Source: Rhodospirillaceae bacterium
GTDB lineage: Bacteria > Pseudomonadota > Alphaproteobacteria > Rhodospirillales > Rhodospirillaceae
Reading direction: 5' to 3'
Length of the DNA stretch: 64,000 bases
Assembly (NCBI GenBank): GCA_040219235.1
Contig: JAVJSV010000007.1
Coordinates: 102,841 to 166,840 of the forward strand
Shown: one piece after another, positions 53,635 to 61,839 of the stretch
Numbering within the stretch: the stretch's first letter is position 1
How the letters are laid out: each line of letters opens with the position of its first letter
Position numbers and translations under genes: made by a program
Notes under the pieces: model-generated
What the model saw: the letters and a program-made list of their open reading frames with translations, nothing else
What the model was told of the DNA's origin: nothing
The model's database searches: none

Positions 53635-56229
53635 ATGAAATCGATATACCGCAATCTTTCCATCACCGCTGTTGCCGTGTCTATGATCAGTCCGGCTGCA
53701 GGCCAGACAAATGCGACCGGCGACACCACATCAACCGATGAGACGCAAGTTGAAGAAGTAACTGTTTTTGGACAGGCGCTTTCAATCAAACGGGCCATCG
53801 AGGTCAAACGCGCCGCCACAAACATCGTTGATGCCGCCGTGCAAGATGATGTCGGCCGCTTGCCGGATTTGAATACGGCGTCGGTGATCCGCCGGATCTC
53901 GGGCATTTCGGTTCAGAATGACCAGGCAGAGGCGCGCTTTCCCATCATCCGGGGGCTGAATCCAACCTATAACCGCACCACCATTGACGGCGGAATTGTA
54001 TCGTCACCGGAGCGCGGTTCGAATGCGCGCTCCGTGCCGTTGGATGTGGTTCCGGCCTCGCTGCTGTCGCGCCTGGAAGTTATTAAATCCGTCACGCCGG
54101 AGCTGGATGGCAACGCCATTGGCGGCACCATCAACGTGGTGACACGCAGTGCTTTCGAGGAAGACCCCGGGTTCTTCTACGGCTCGGCCTATGTGGGACA
54201 TCATGAGCAATCCGGTGACGGCGGAAAACTCAACGGCGGCGGTAAAACCCAGCCGTGGCGGGCCAATTTCGCCACCGGCACCCGCTTCGGACCGGATGAA
54301 GAATTTGGTATTGTTTTGGGTGTGGATTATTCCGTCCGTAACTTTGAAATTCCACAAATTGAGGTGGACGACGCCGACTACACGGAATTTGATGCCGCCG
54401 GGAACAACGTCGGACTGGGCAACGGCAACGGCATTGTGGTGCCGACGAACAATCGCGTGTTTTTCTACAACAACAACCGCGAGCGCCTGGGCGGTGCTGT
54501 CAAACTTGAATGGCGCCCGGACAGTGATTTCGAGTTCACTTTGTCATCCCTGTACACCGAGTTTAACGATGACGAACGGCGCGATGAATTTACCTATGAG
54601 CTAGGCACCAATGGCAGCTCATCGCAACCGGATACGATTACAAACCAAACACCGATTTCAGGTGTGACGGAAGATGGGCGGGGCATCGTCGGCCTGGGCC
54701 GCTTTACCCTCGACCGCAAAATCTACAACGTTCAAGGCGTTGCCGAATGGCAGGCATCGGACAGTCTGTTGCTTGATGCCCGCATGACCTACTCCGGGGC
54801 CGAACTGAACAACCCGGAGTCAACGGAGAGTTTTTCGACTGCGGCGACGTTCGGGGCGGTCTACGACACCAGCACCTTTTTCCCGCGCACCTACCCGCTG
54901 GACCCACAGGGGTACTTTGACCCGGCAAGTTACAACCACAACAATCGCGGCGTCCTCGACCGTTTTGCAGAGGACGATATTTTTGAAGTCGCGGTGAACG
55001 GCACCATGGACTTTGACACCTTCACCGTGAAGACCGGTGGTGTGTATCGTGATCGCAATAAAGACGAAGGCTTTACGTTCAACCGCTTTGTCGCCGTCAA
55101 CCCTTACACGCTGGCTGATGTGCCCGACAATGGGCTCGCCGATGTTGAGTTTCAGGGCAATTATAAATTCCTCACCCGCGTCGATTCAGATGGCGCAAAT
55201 TCTTACTTTTCCAGCAATCCGTTTACCAACGTGCTGACCTCTCAAAACGGCTCTTCGGCCAGCGAAGAGGTCTATGCCGGTTACGCACAGGGCACGATGG
55301 ATTTTGGAGCGTTATCGGTGACCGGCGGGGTGCGGGTTGAACACACCTCGTGGAATGGTGCGCCGCTGAACGGGGGCGATGTTTCCGGCGATTATACGGA
55401 CATCCTGCCCAGTGCCGTGGCCCGGTATAACATACAGGACGATCTGGTGTTTCGTGTGGCGGCATCAAGAACCATCGGCCGGCCAAACATCAGTGACCTC
55501 ACACGCGGTTTCTCACCGAGCACGGACGGCGCAGACCTGGTGCTGTCGCGCTCTAATCCAGACCTCAAGCCGCGCCGCTCGACGAATCTTGATGCGACGG
55601 TTGAATGGTATATTCCCAACGGATTGCTGGCCTTCGGGGCCTTTTATAAAGACATCTCCGATGAAATTTTTGTTCTGACGACCACCAATGCCAATCTGAC
55701 CGTGGACGGTGTTACCTATGACCGCATCACGCAACCGGAAAACGCAGCCGACGCAGAAGTTTTCGGAATTGAAGGTCAGTTTCAACAAACCTTCGCGTGG
55801 TTGCCGCAGCCGTGGGATGGGGTTGGCGTTGCGGCTAACTTTACCTTGCTGGACACCAAATTCGTGGTGCCGCTGGCCAACGGTACGACCCGGACCACAA
55901 CGCTGTTCCAGCAGCCTGACTTTGTCATGAACCTGACCGCGTTTTATCAGAACGAGTTTTTCGAGGTCCGGGGGTCTTACAACTACACAGACTCATTCCT
56001 CGATCTGCTCAATGCGGGCAATCCCAACTTAGATGAATACTGGGATGATCGCGGGCAGTTTGATATGCAGGTGCGCGTGAATGTGACCGAGAGCATTTCT
56101 CTTGTGGGAGAGGCTGTGAACATTACCGACCAAGGCCGGACGGAATTGACCGGGCCGGACGCACGGTTCCTGCAAGAGGATGCGAGCTTTGGCCGCACAT
56201 TCTGGCTTGGCGTGAACGCCTCATTCTAA
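53635..56229 (+). CDS. TonB-dependent outer-membrane receptor
   Basis: Trimmed to ATG 53635: MKSIYRNLSITAVAVSMISPAAG. Plug region EEVTVFGQ...DVGRLPDLNTASVIRRISGISVQNDQAEARFPIIRGLNPTYNRTTIDG. C-terminal ...WLGVNASF. Confidence 0.9.
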   Translation: MKSIYRNLSITAVAVSMISPAAGQTNATGDTTSTDETQVEEVTVFGQALSIKRAIEVKRAATNIVDAAVQDDVGRLPDLNTASVIRRISGISVQNDQAEARFPIIRGLNPTYNRTTIDGGIVSSPERGSNARSVPLDVVPASLLSRLEVIKSVTPELDGNAIGGTINVVTRSAFEEDPGFFYGSAYVGHHEQSGDGGKLNGGGKTQPWRANFATGTRFGPDEEFGIVLGVDYSVRNFEIPQIEVDDADYTEFDAAGNNVGLGNGNGIVVPTNNRVFFYNNNRERLGGAVKLEWRPDSDFEFTLSSLYTEFNDDERRDEFTYELGTNGSSSQPDTITNQTPISGVTEDGRGIVGLGRFTLDRKIYNVQGVAEWQASDSLLLDARMTYSGAELNNPESTESFSTAATFGAVYDTSTFFPRTYPLDPQGYFDPASYNHNNRGVLDRFAEDDIFEVAVNGTMDFDTFTVKTGGVYRDRNKDEGFTFNRFVAVNPYTLADVPDNGLADVEFQGNYKFLTRVDSDGANSYFSSNPFTNVLTSQNGSSASEEVYAGYAQGTMDFGALSVTGGVRVEHTSWNGAPLNGGDVSGDYTDILPSAVARYNIQDDLVFRVAASRTIGRPNISDLTRGFSPSTDGADLVLSRSNPDLKPRRSTNLDATVEWYIPNGLLAFGAFYKDISDEIFVLTTTNANLTVDGVTYDRITQPENAADAEVFGIEGQFQQTFAWLPQPWDGVGVAANFTLLDTKFVVPLANGTTRTTTLFQQPDFVMNLTAFYQNEFFEVRGSYNYTDSFLDLLNAGNPNLDEYWDDRGQFDMQVRVNVTESISLVGEAVNITDQGRTELTGPDARFLQEDASFGRTFWLGVNASF

Positions 56230-56275
56230 CGGCGTGAACGCCGCGCTCAAAGGCGCGTGAACGCCGCGCTCAATG
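56210..56275 (+). repeat. About 22-bp tandem triplication spanning the receptor stop codon
   Basis: GCGTGAACGCC occurs at 56210, 56232 and 56255. The last two units are GCGTGAACGCCGCGCTCAA(A/T)G. Confidence 0.8.
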
Positions 56276-56382
56276 GAGTGTAAACGCGGATAAAATTAAG
56301 GAGGGGCGTGCAAGGCATCACATATATCACGTCATATATTGTGTGTCCTGCACGCCTCTCTCATGCGCAGCCGGAGAAAAAG

Positions 56383-57300
56383 ATGAAAACGCTCGGAACA
56401 ATTATAACCATTGGGCTTGTGGTGTTGTCCATGAACGGCGTTGTTGCCGGGGAACAGACAAAGCAGCAGACAAGCATCGACGCACGCCGAGACGCGTTTC
56501 AAAAAGCGTGGGCCGCAATTGGAGTGAAAGACTATCAAGCTCCGGAGGTGCGCCAGCATACGGCAACGGATATCACGTCCTACCCCGCCGTCGAGGCCGG
56601 TCAGGGCGCTGCGGCAGATGCAACGCACTTTTACGCCATTGTGAATTACGTCATCGGAAAATATGACCGTGAAACGGGCCTGCTGACCAGCCGTTGGGTT
56701 GGCGATCGCGGCGGCCTTATCGGCCATCTTAACAGTTGTTTGCTGGATGGTTCGGATCTGATGTGCGCCAACTCCAACCATCCGAACCTGCCGATGGCCA
56801 GCAGCATTGAAGTGTTTGATACCAAGACTATGACCCATAAATCCTCCAAGAGCCTTGGCATTACGGAAGAAGGGTCGCTGGTCTGGTTCGATCATTATCA
56901 AGGCGGATGGATTGCCGGCTTCGCCAACTACGATGACGAAACCGGCCTGCCGTATAAAGACCATACCTATGCGGGTATTGTTCTGTTTGACAAGGAGTGG
57001 CGCCGTCGCGGCGGCTATGCCCTGCCAGGTTCCATTCTGGCAAAGATGGCCCCGCAAGCCGCATCCGGTGGGTCCATCGGGCCGGATGGCCGCCTCTATG
57101 TTATGGGCCATGACTTGCCTGAGATGTATGTTCTGGAGTTTCCGCTCATGGGGCCGACGATGATGCATGTGGCAACTATTACCGTCCCGTCGGAAGGCCA
57201 GGCGTTCGCCTTTGACCCGGACGAGCCGCAGCGGGTGTGGGCGATCAGCCGGCCCAGGCGAGAAGTTGTGACTTATGTGATTCCTGAATTGGTGCCTTAA
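56383..57300 (+). CDS. Secreted hypothetical protein
   Basis: Trimmed to ATG 56383: MKTLGTIITIGLVVLSMNGVVAG. The ORF is long and uninterrupted and sits directly downstream of the receptor. I recognised no family; the antisense 278-aa ORF is judged a shadow. Confidence 0.6.
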   Translation: MKTLGTIITIGLVVLSMNGVVAGEQTKQQTSIDARRDAFQKAWAAIGVKDYQAPEVRQHTATDITSYPAVEAGQGAAADATHFYAIVNYVIGKYDRETGLLTSRWVGDRGGLIGHLNSCLLDGSDLMCANSNHPNLPMASSIEVFDTKTMTHKSSKSLGITEEGSLVWFDHYQGGWIAGFANYDDETGLPYKDHTYAGIVLFDKEWRRRGGYALPGSILAKMAPQAASGGSIGPDGRLYVMGHDLPEMYVLEFPLMGPTMMHVATITVPSEGQAFAFDPDEPQRVWAISRPRREVVTYVIPELVP

Positions 57301-57358
57301 GGCGCGCGATCAAGGCGTAAGATTAAGGTTCACGATTAGGTTCAGGGCGCAAAAAAAG

Positions 57359-57383
57359 TGGGCGGGGCTAAAAGCCCCGCCCC
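57359..57383 (-). terminator. GC-rich hairpin terminator, stronger in the minus orientation
   Basis: TGGGCGGGGC-TAAAA-GCCCCGCCCA. It is preceded on the plus strand by AAAAAAA (a T7 tail for a minus-strand transcript) and followed only by AGTTTC on the plus strand. Confidence 0.55.
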
Positions 57384-57941
57384 AAGTTTCAGGGACGCAC
57401 CTCTAGCCGGGGCCAGGCGCTAACTCGTCAACATGCTCATGTCTGATTGGCTCATGTCTGACGAGGAGCGTCTGCCCCGCGAAAACAAAATCATACTCAA
57501 ACTATTCAGATAGGCTGTGAGACTTGGACAGGAGGACTCATCTGCCACATTGGTTTGGTCGCATTTCTGCCAGTTGGTTACTGAAACCTGCTGTGGCATT
57601 GCTGACTCATTCCCCAAGAAACCCGTCGCTCACAGCCAAGAGTGTTCCAAAAATTTTCGGAGTTGTCACTATTATTGGTATGAAGAAGCCCTATATATAC
57701 AATATATAGTATGGTGTACGCATTGTAAGCTGCCTGAATCCTTGGTGAATTCCTGGTTTATGCAGACTTCACGTTTTGGGGCTTTCGACCAAGCTATGTA
57801 ACGGTCCGATGACTAAAAAAAGACAGTTTTTGACGAATCGTCTCTCTTGCGTCCCACAGGGCGGTCGATACAATAATGAAATAGTTGAAAAGACGTGACT
57901 TGGGTCTTACACCCTACATATAGCTTTCTCAGGAGGTTTAG

Positions 57942-58391
57942 ATGGCGATTACGTTGCGCGTCAACGGCACAGAGCATTCGGTGGATGTTGATCCAGAAAC
58001 CCCATTGCTATGGGTGTTAAGAGACAACCTTGGACTGACCGGCACAAAATACGGTTGCGGTATTGCAGCCTGTGGCGCGTGTACAGTCCATGTTGATGGT
58101 GTAGCCGAACGGTCCTGTTCCGTCCCCGTTGAATTTGCGGCTGGCACAGAAATTACGACCATCGAAGGATTGTCGGAAGATCGCAGTCACCCGGTGCAGG
58201 CCGCCTGGATTGAGGAAGATGTGCCGCAGTGCGGGTACTGTCAGTCTGGCATGATTATGTCGGTGGCCTCTCTGTTGAAAGAAATCCCAGAACCAACAGA
58301 TGAAGACATCAACGCCTACATCACCAACATTTGCCGGTGCGGGACCTACACGCGCATTCGCAAGGCCATTAAGCGAGCCGCTGCGGCTTAA
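57942..58391 (+). CDS. [2Fe-2S]-binding small subunit of a xanthine-dehydrogenase-family molybdoenzyme (IorA/CoxS/NicA-like)
   Basis: [53 protein letters not shown]...[11 protein letters not shown]...CRCGTY carries both 2Fe-2S cysteine clusters. Confidence 0.9.
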   Translation: MAITLRVNGTEHSVDVDPETPLLWVLRDNLGLTGTKYGCGIAACGACTVHVDGVAERSCSVPVEFAAGTEITTIEGLSEDRSHPVQAAWIEEDVPQCGYCQSGMIMSVASLLKEIPEPTDEDINAYITNICRCGTYTRIRKAIKRAAAA

Positions 58392-58536
58392 ACCTGTCTG
58401 GCAACAAACTTTCAGAGTGTGATGGGCGTGGGTCAAACCGCGCCCATTTCTTTTGGGACGGCTTAATCGCCACATTTCTTTTTTGAGCTGCTTAACAGCC
58501 CTATGATTTAAGATTTCAGCCGTGCATGGATGAACA

Positions 58537-59472
58537 ATGACGCAAACACTGCCTCAAAAACGGCCCAAAACACTGCCACAGAGCATTGAAGATACCGAAG
58601 CCCTGCTGGCTGGTGCGGGCTACGTGCCTGACCGGGCGTTGTCGACCGCTCTGTTTCTTGCGCTAAAACTTGGACGTCCGCTTTTTTTGGAAGGTGAGGC
58701 CGGGGTTGGTAAAACAGAAATTGCGAAGGTGCTGTCGTCGGCGCTGGGGCGGGACCTCATTCGCTTGCAATGCTACGAGGGGTTAGACGTTGGTTCGGCG
58801 GTGTATGAATGGAACTACCCGCGCCAAATGATGGCCATCCGATTGGCGGAATCCGATCGCGATGGGGCAGCGGGGCGGTCGTCTGAAATCGCGGAAGATA
58901 TTTATGGTCCTGATTATCTGATCGAGCGGCCGTTGTTGTCGGCCTTGAGGACACGAAACGCGGGTCCGCCGGTGCTTCTGATTGATGAACTGGATCGGAC
59001 AGATGAACCTTTTGAGGCGTATCTTTTAGAAATTCTCTCTGACTTTCAGGTCACCATTCCTGAGGTTGGAACGGTGAAGGCAGAGTCTCCGCCGATTGTT
59101 ATTATAACATCAAACCGCACGCGCGAAATTCACGACGCTCTCAAGCGCCGGTGTTTGTATCATTGGGTTGGCTATCCGGATGCCGCGCGCGAATACACCA
59201 TTCTGAGAAACAAGGTGCCGGAGGCGGCGGACAGTCTCAGCCGTCAGGTGGTGGCCGCCGTGCAAGAGTTACGCAATGGAGACTTGTTTAAGCCACCGGG
59301 TATTGCCGAGAGCATTGATTGGATACGCGCGCTGATTGCGTTGAACCGCAGCGATTTAGACCGCGACAGTATTGCGGACACGCTGGGTGTGGTGCTGAAG
59401 TATCAAGACGATATCGCACGCGTGCAAGACGATAAGGCTGAGCGGGTTCTTGCCGCAGCCCGTGCTGTTTGA
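58537..59472 (+). CDS. MoxR-family AAA+ ATPase (CoxD-like)
   Basis: Walker A GEAGVGKTE, Walker B VLLIDELDR, TSNRTRE sensor region. Confidence 0.9.
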   Translation: MTQTLPQKRPKTLPQSIEDTEALLAGAGYVPDRALSTALFLALKLGRPLFLEGEAGVGKTEIAKVLSSALGRDLIRLQCYEGLDVGSAVYEWNYPRQMMAIRLAESDRDGAAGRSSEIAEDIYGPDYLIERPLLSALRTRNAGPPVLLIDELDRTDEPFEAYLLEILSDFQVTIPEVGTVKAESPPIVIITSNRTREIHDALKRRCLYHWVGYPDAAREYTILRNKVPEAADSLSRQVVAAVQELRNGDLFKPPGIAESIDWIRALIALNRSDLDRDSIADTLGVVLKYQDDIARVQDDKAERVLAAARAV

Positions 59473-59496
59473 TGTTTAAGACGAAGAAGCAGTGTC

Positions 59497-60825
59497 ATGA
59501 ACGATCACCCGTCCGCCGGTAAGCTTGATCGTCATGTGGTGCAGTTCGCCCGGTTGTTGCGGGCGGCGGGTTTGCCCATTGGTCCTGGTAAAGTGCTGCT
59601 GGCGGTTGAGGCATTGTCCGCAATAGACCTGAGACGCCGCGACGATGTCTATTGGGCTTTACACGCGGTCTGTGTTGAACGGCACAGTCAGACAGAATTA
59701 TTTGAATTGGCCTTTGATCGCTTTTGGGTCGTCAGACCGCAGGTAGATGATGGGGGCAGCAATACCTTTGACGATGTTGTCGATCGCGCACCTCAGACCA
59801 AGCAAGACGCGTTGCCGAGACGGCTAGCCGATGCGCTGGTTGATCAGGACTTGGCCAATAAAGTCAACGAAGACGCGGCACCTAAAGAGGGCGATGACAG
59901 CCAGTCTTGGTCTGCAATGGAACGTCTTCAGTCAAAAGATTTTGAGTCCATGTCGGCAGACGAGTTAGCGCAAGCGCGCAATGCTATGACACAGTTTACG
60001 TTGCCGCTGCCGGACCTGCCAAGCCGAAGGTTTAAGCCTCATACCTCTGGCCGCCGGATTGATATGCGGGCAACGCTGCGTGGCACTATCCGTGCAGGTG
60101 GCTCTATTGATCTGAAGCGCAAAAAGCGCGTGCGCCGCCATCCGCCGTTGGTGGTGCTCTGTGATGTGTCCGGTTCTATGGAAGCCTATGCCCGCATGTT
60201 GCTGCACTTTCTGCACAGCGTGACCAACGATCAGGAGCGCGTGCATACTTTTGTCTTCGGGACGCGATTGACGAACATTACCCACCATTTAAAACACGCG
60301 GATCCTGATGTCGCCTTGGCCCGCATTGGGGCCACGGTGACGGATTGGTCTGGCGGCACCCGGATTGGGGAAACTCTGGCGTCTTTTAACAAACACTGGT
60401 CGCGACGCGTTCTCGGGCAGGGTGCTGTTGTGTTGCTGATTACGGATGGTTTGGACCGGGATGGCGGTATCGGGTTGTCTGAAGAAATGAACCGCTTACA
60501 AAAGTCCTGTCGGCGGTTGTTATGGTTAAACCCGTTGTTGCGATTTGAAGCCTTTGAACCCAAGTCTGCCGGTGTCAAAGCGATGCTGCCCTATGTGGAC
60601 GAGTTCAGGTCTGGGCATAATCTGGAGAGTCTGTCGTCTTTGGCGGAGGTTTTGTCAGAGATGAAAGCGCCGCAGCGCGGTCACAATAACGCGTCGTTGC
60701 GCGATCACAAAAACGCGTCGTTGCGCGATCACAAAAACGCGCCGTTGCGCGACTACAAAAACGCGCCGTTGCGCGACCAACAACGCAATCATCAAAGCGA
60801 CGGGAGTGTTGCAGGCCATGCTTGA
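59497..60825 (+). CDS. VWA-domain protein (CoxE-like) with repeat-expanded C-terminus
   Basis: MIDAS motif VVLCDVSGSM, ...WSGGTRIGE..., LLITDGLDR. The C-terminal tail is NASLRDHKNASLRDHKNAPLRDYKNAPLRD. Confidence 0.85.
   Translation: MNDHPSAGKLDRHVVQFARLLRAAGLPIGPGKVLLAVEALSAIDLRRRDDVYWALHAVCVERHSQTELFELAFDRFWVVRPQVDDGGSNTFDDVVDRAPQTKQDALPRRLADALVDQDLANKVNEDAAPKEGDDSQSWSAMERLQSKDFESMSADELAQARNAMTQFTLPLPDLPSRRFKPHTSGRRIDMRATLRGTIRAGGSIDLKRKKRVRRHPPLVVLCDVSGSMEAYARMLLHFLHSVTNDQERVHTFVFGTRLTNITHHLKHADPDVALARIGATVTDWSGGTRIGETLASFNKHWSRRVLGQGAVVLLITDGLDRDGGIGLSEEMNRLQKSCRRLLWLNPLLRFEAFEPKSAGVKAMLPYVDEFRSGHNLESLSSLAEVLSEMKAPQRGHNNASLRDHKNASLRDHKNAPLRDYKNAPLRDQQRNHQSDGSVAGHA
60682..60777 (+). repeat. 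24-bp tandem repeat x4 inside the CoxE-like C-terminus
   Basis: CACAA(T/A)AACGCG(T/C)CGTTGCGCGA(T/C) starts at 60682, 60706, 60730 and 60754, in frame (8 codons per unit). Confidence 0.9.
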
Positions 60826-61141
60826 TCTCGATTTAGACCCGCTGTCAAAAATTGCCGAATGGCAGGAGGCAGGCAAGGCGACGGCTTTGGCCACGGTGAT
60901 TCAAACCTGGGGGTCTTCGCCACGGCCTGTGGGCAGTCATTTGGCCATCAACGAGGATGGCGATTTTGTTGGATCTGTCTCTGGAGGCTGTATCGAGGGG
61001 GCGGTGATTGAGGCCGCGCTTGAGACCATTGAGAGCGGCAGTGCGAAACGTCTTGAATATGGCGTCACCAACGACATGGCGTGGGAAGTTGGGCTGGCTT
61101 GCGGTGGCACGGTTCATGTGTATGTGGAGCGGGTGGTGTGA
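60806..61141 (+). CDS. XdhC/CoxI-family protein, N-terminal-domain ORF
   Basis: ATVIQTWGSSPRPVGSHLAINEDGDFVGSVSGGCIEGAV is the XdhC_CoxI signature. The start overlaps the CoxE-like gene end by 20 nt. Confidence 0.8.
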   Translation: MLQAMLDLDLDPLSKIAEWQEAGKATALATVIQTWGSSPRPVGSHLAINEDGDFVGSVSGGCIEGAVIEAALETIESGSAKRLEYGVTNDMAWEVGLACGGTVHVYVERVV

Positions 61142-61830
61142 AAACCGGTATTTTCAAAGCGCTCCGACAGTCGCTCGCCGGCAAAGTGCCCTGCGCCACA
61201 GTGACAGACACAGAGACGGGCCAGCAGTGCCTATATGTTGGGTCTGAGTGTATTGGTGATCTCGTTGTGCCGGACATCGCTTTGGCAACGGTTTCGCAGA
61301 TGATTCAAACAGACAGTTCGGGTGTTCTTGAAAACACGTCTTTGTTTGTGCGGGTCTATGGCCCTCCGTTTAGAATGATCATTGTGGGGGCGGTGCATAT
61401 TGCGCAGGCGCTTGCGCCGATGGCGCAATCGGCGGGCTATGAGGTCACGATTATTGATCCCCGCGAGGCGTTTGCAAGTGCTGAGCGTCTGGCAGATATC
61501 GCCGTGCTGTCCGATTGGCCCGATGAAGGAATGGTGAAGTTGAAGCCAGATATCCGCACGGCTGTTGTGACCTTGACCCACGACCCTAAACTGGATGATC
61601 CCGCCTTGGAACAAGCGTTGAAGTCGGATGCGTTTTATATCGGCTCTCTCGGTAGTCGGCGCACCCATGGCAAACGCCTGGAGCGGTTGCGCGAGAGTGG
61701 ATTTACGGACGCAGACCTGAGCCGCATTCATGGCCCCGCCGGGTTGGACATCAAAGCCAAATCGCCGGCGGAAATTGCCGTCTCCATTTTGGCCCAGGTG
61801 GTTGCGACACGTCGCCAGGCTCAGGTTTAG
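61138..61830 (+). CDS. XdhC-family protein, Rossmann-like C-terminal-domain ORF
   Basis: Start set to GTG 61138 (GTGA overlap with the previous stop): VKTGIFKAL...MIIVGAVHIAQALAPMAQSAGYEVTIIDPREAF...THDPKLDDPAL. Confidence 0.8.
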   Translation: MKTGIFKALRQSLAGKVPCATVTDTETGQQCLYVGSECIGDLVVPDIALATVSQMIQTDSSGVLENTSLFVRVYGPPFRMIIVGAVHIAQALAPMAQSAGYEVTIIDPREAFASAERLADIAVLSDWPDEGMVKLKPDIRTAVVTLTHDPKLDDPALEQALKSDAFYIGSLGSRRTHGKRLERLRESGFTDADLSRIHGPAGLDIKAKSPAEIAVSILAQVVATRRQAQV

Positions 61831-61839
61831 GGGCGGCGC

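Noticed and set aside
57420-57801. Small ORFs 57420..57617 (minus, 65 aa), 57517..57801 (plus, Cys-rich 94 aa) and a 24-aa ORF at 57438.
   Set aside because: They have no ribosome-binding context, no recognisable family and low-complexity or odd composition in AT-rich DNA. The minus-oriented terminator makes a transcript plausible but does not establish coding.
57800-57941. Molybdenum-cofactor riboswitch upstream of the 2Fe-2S / maturation operon.
   Set aside because: I could not recognise the conserved Moco-motif stems or loops by eye. A covariance-model search (Rfam Moco_RNA_motif) would be needed, so no call is made.
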